64,000 nt of DNA. Source: Verrucomicrobiota bacterium. Lineage in GTDB: Bacteria; Verrucomicrobiota; Verrucomicrobiia; Limisphaerales; UBA9464. The stretch lies in contig JAXMHR010000012.1 of the NCBI GenBank assembly GCA_046346705.1, positions 109,131-173,130 on the forward strand. Reading direction: 5' to 3'. Positions within the stretch are counted from its first letter, which is position 1; every line of letters begins with the position of its first letter. The position numbers were made by a program, and so were the translations under genes. Positions 63,762 through 64,000 of the stretch are shown one piece after another. Under the pieces are notes generated by a model. It did no database searches. It was not told the origin of the DNA and saw only the letters and a program-made list of their open reading frames with translations.

Positions 63762-64000
63762 CGGTGGCGGCGGGAATGGTATGTGGCCTGGTCACCCGAT
63801 TTGGCGGGGCGGGAGCCACGATGCATCGGTGACGCCGGGGAGGTTTCTGGGTTATGCGGTGCTGACGTTTCTCGTGTCGGTGATCTTTGTCGGGGGTCGC
63901 GATGCGGTATCGCTACCGGGAGATTCCGGCCGTGCCACGGCCGGATAATTCCTTCCACTCGGGTTCACCACTGAGGCCTCGACTCCATCGACACGAAACC

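Overview
High-GC (by eye above 60%) chromosomal segment with PVC-superphylum hallmarks: a DUF1559/H-X9-DG pseudopilin-like protein, a PEP-CTERM protein and multi-kb mosaic surface proteins. It is most likely Verrucomicrobiota-like. Layout: (i) 1-23.6 kb holds a 5'-partial RHS toxin gene coupled to a ~5,700-codon mosaic surface-protein gene, followed by an Ig/LamG protein gene. Both large genes are interrupted by single-base indels in poly-G runs. (ii) 23.7-30.6 kb holds carbohydrate and esterase genes (DUF547, CE1-type esterase, FGE-sulfatase-domain protein, GH32, epoxide-hydrolase-like hydrolase). (iii) 30.6-37.6 kb is a tightly packed minus-strand string: EF-hand protein, LTD-CotH kinase, DUF4956, VTC domain protein, second LTD-CotH kinase. 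(iv) 37.7-44.7 kb holds a PQQ-type beta-propeller, a divergent PanB-family gene, a multiply frameshifted propeller pseudogene, a CE15 esterase, a hypothetical gene and a PEP-CTERM protein. (v) 44.8-52.5 kb holds a membrane-anchored ECF sigma factor, a DUF1559 pseudopilin-like protein, a 1,516-aa Ig/Calx-beta protein and an esterase. (vi) About 52.7-62.4 kb is an accessory island, visibly lower in GC at its left end. It starts with a decayed integron-type integrase and contains two cassette-like units with attC-like hairpins (FRG protein; small membrane protein plus TM-HEPN protein). It also contains a 5.3-kb three-gene module of unknown function bracketed by ~97% identical 260-bp direct repeats, and a Phd/VapC toxin-antitoxin pair. 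(vii) A POT-family peptide transporter with a frameshifted 3' end closes the window. I found no rRNA, tRNA or CRISPR array. Frameshifts are unusually frequent, several in G runs, so draft-assembly indel error must be excluded before any pseudogene or phase-variation interpretation. All product calls rest on motif recognition by eye, not on database searches.
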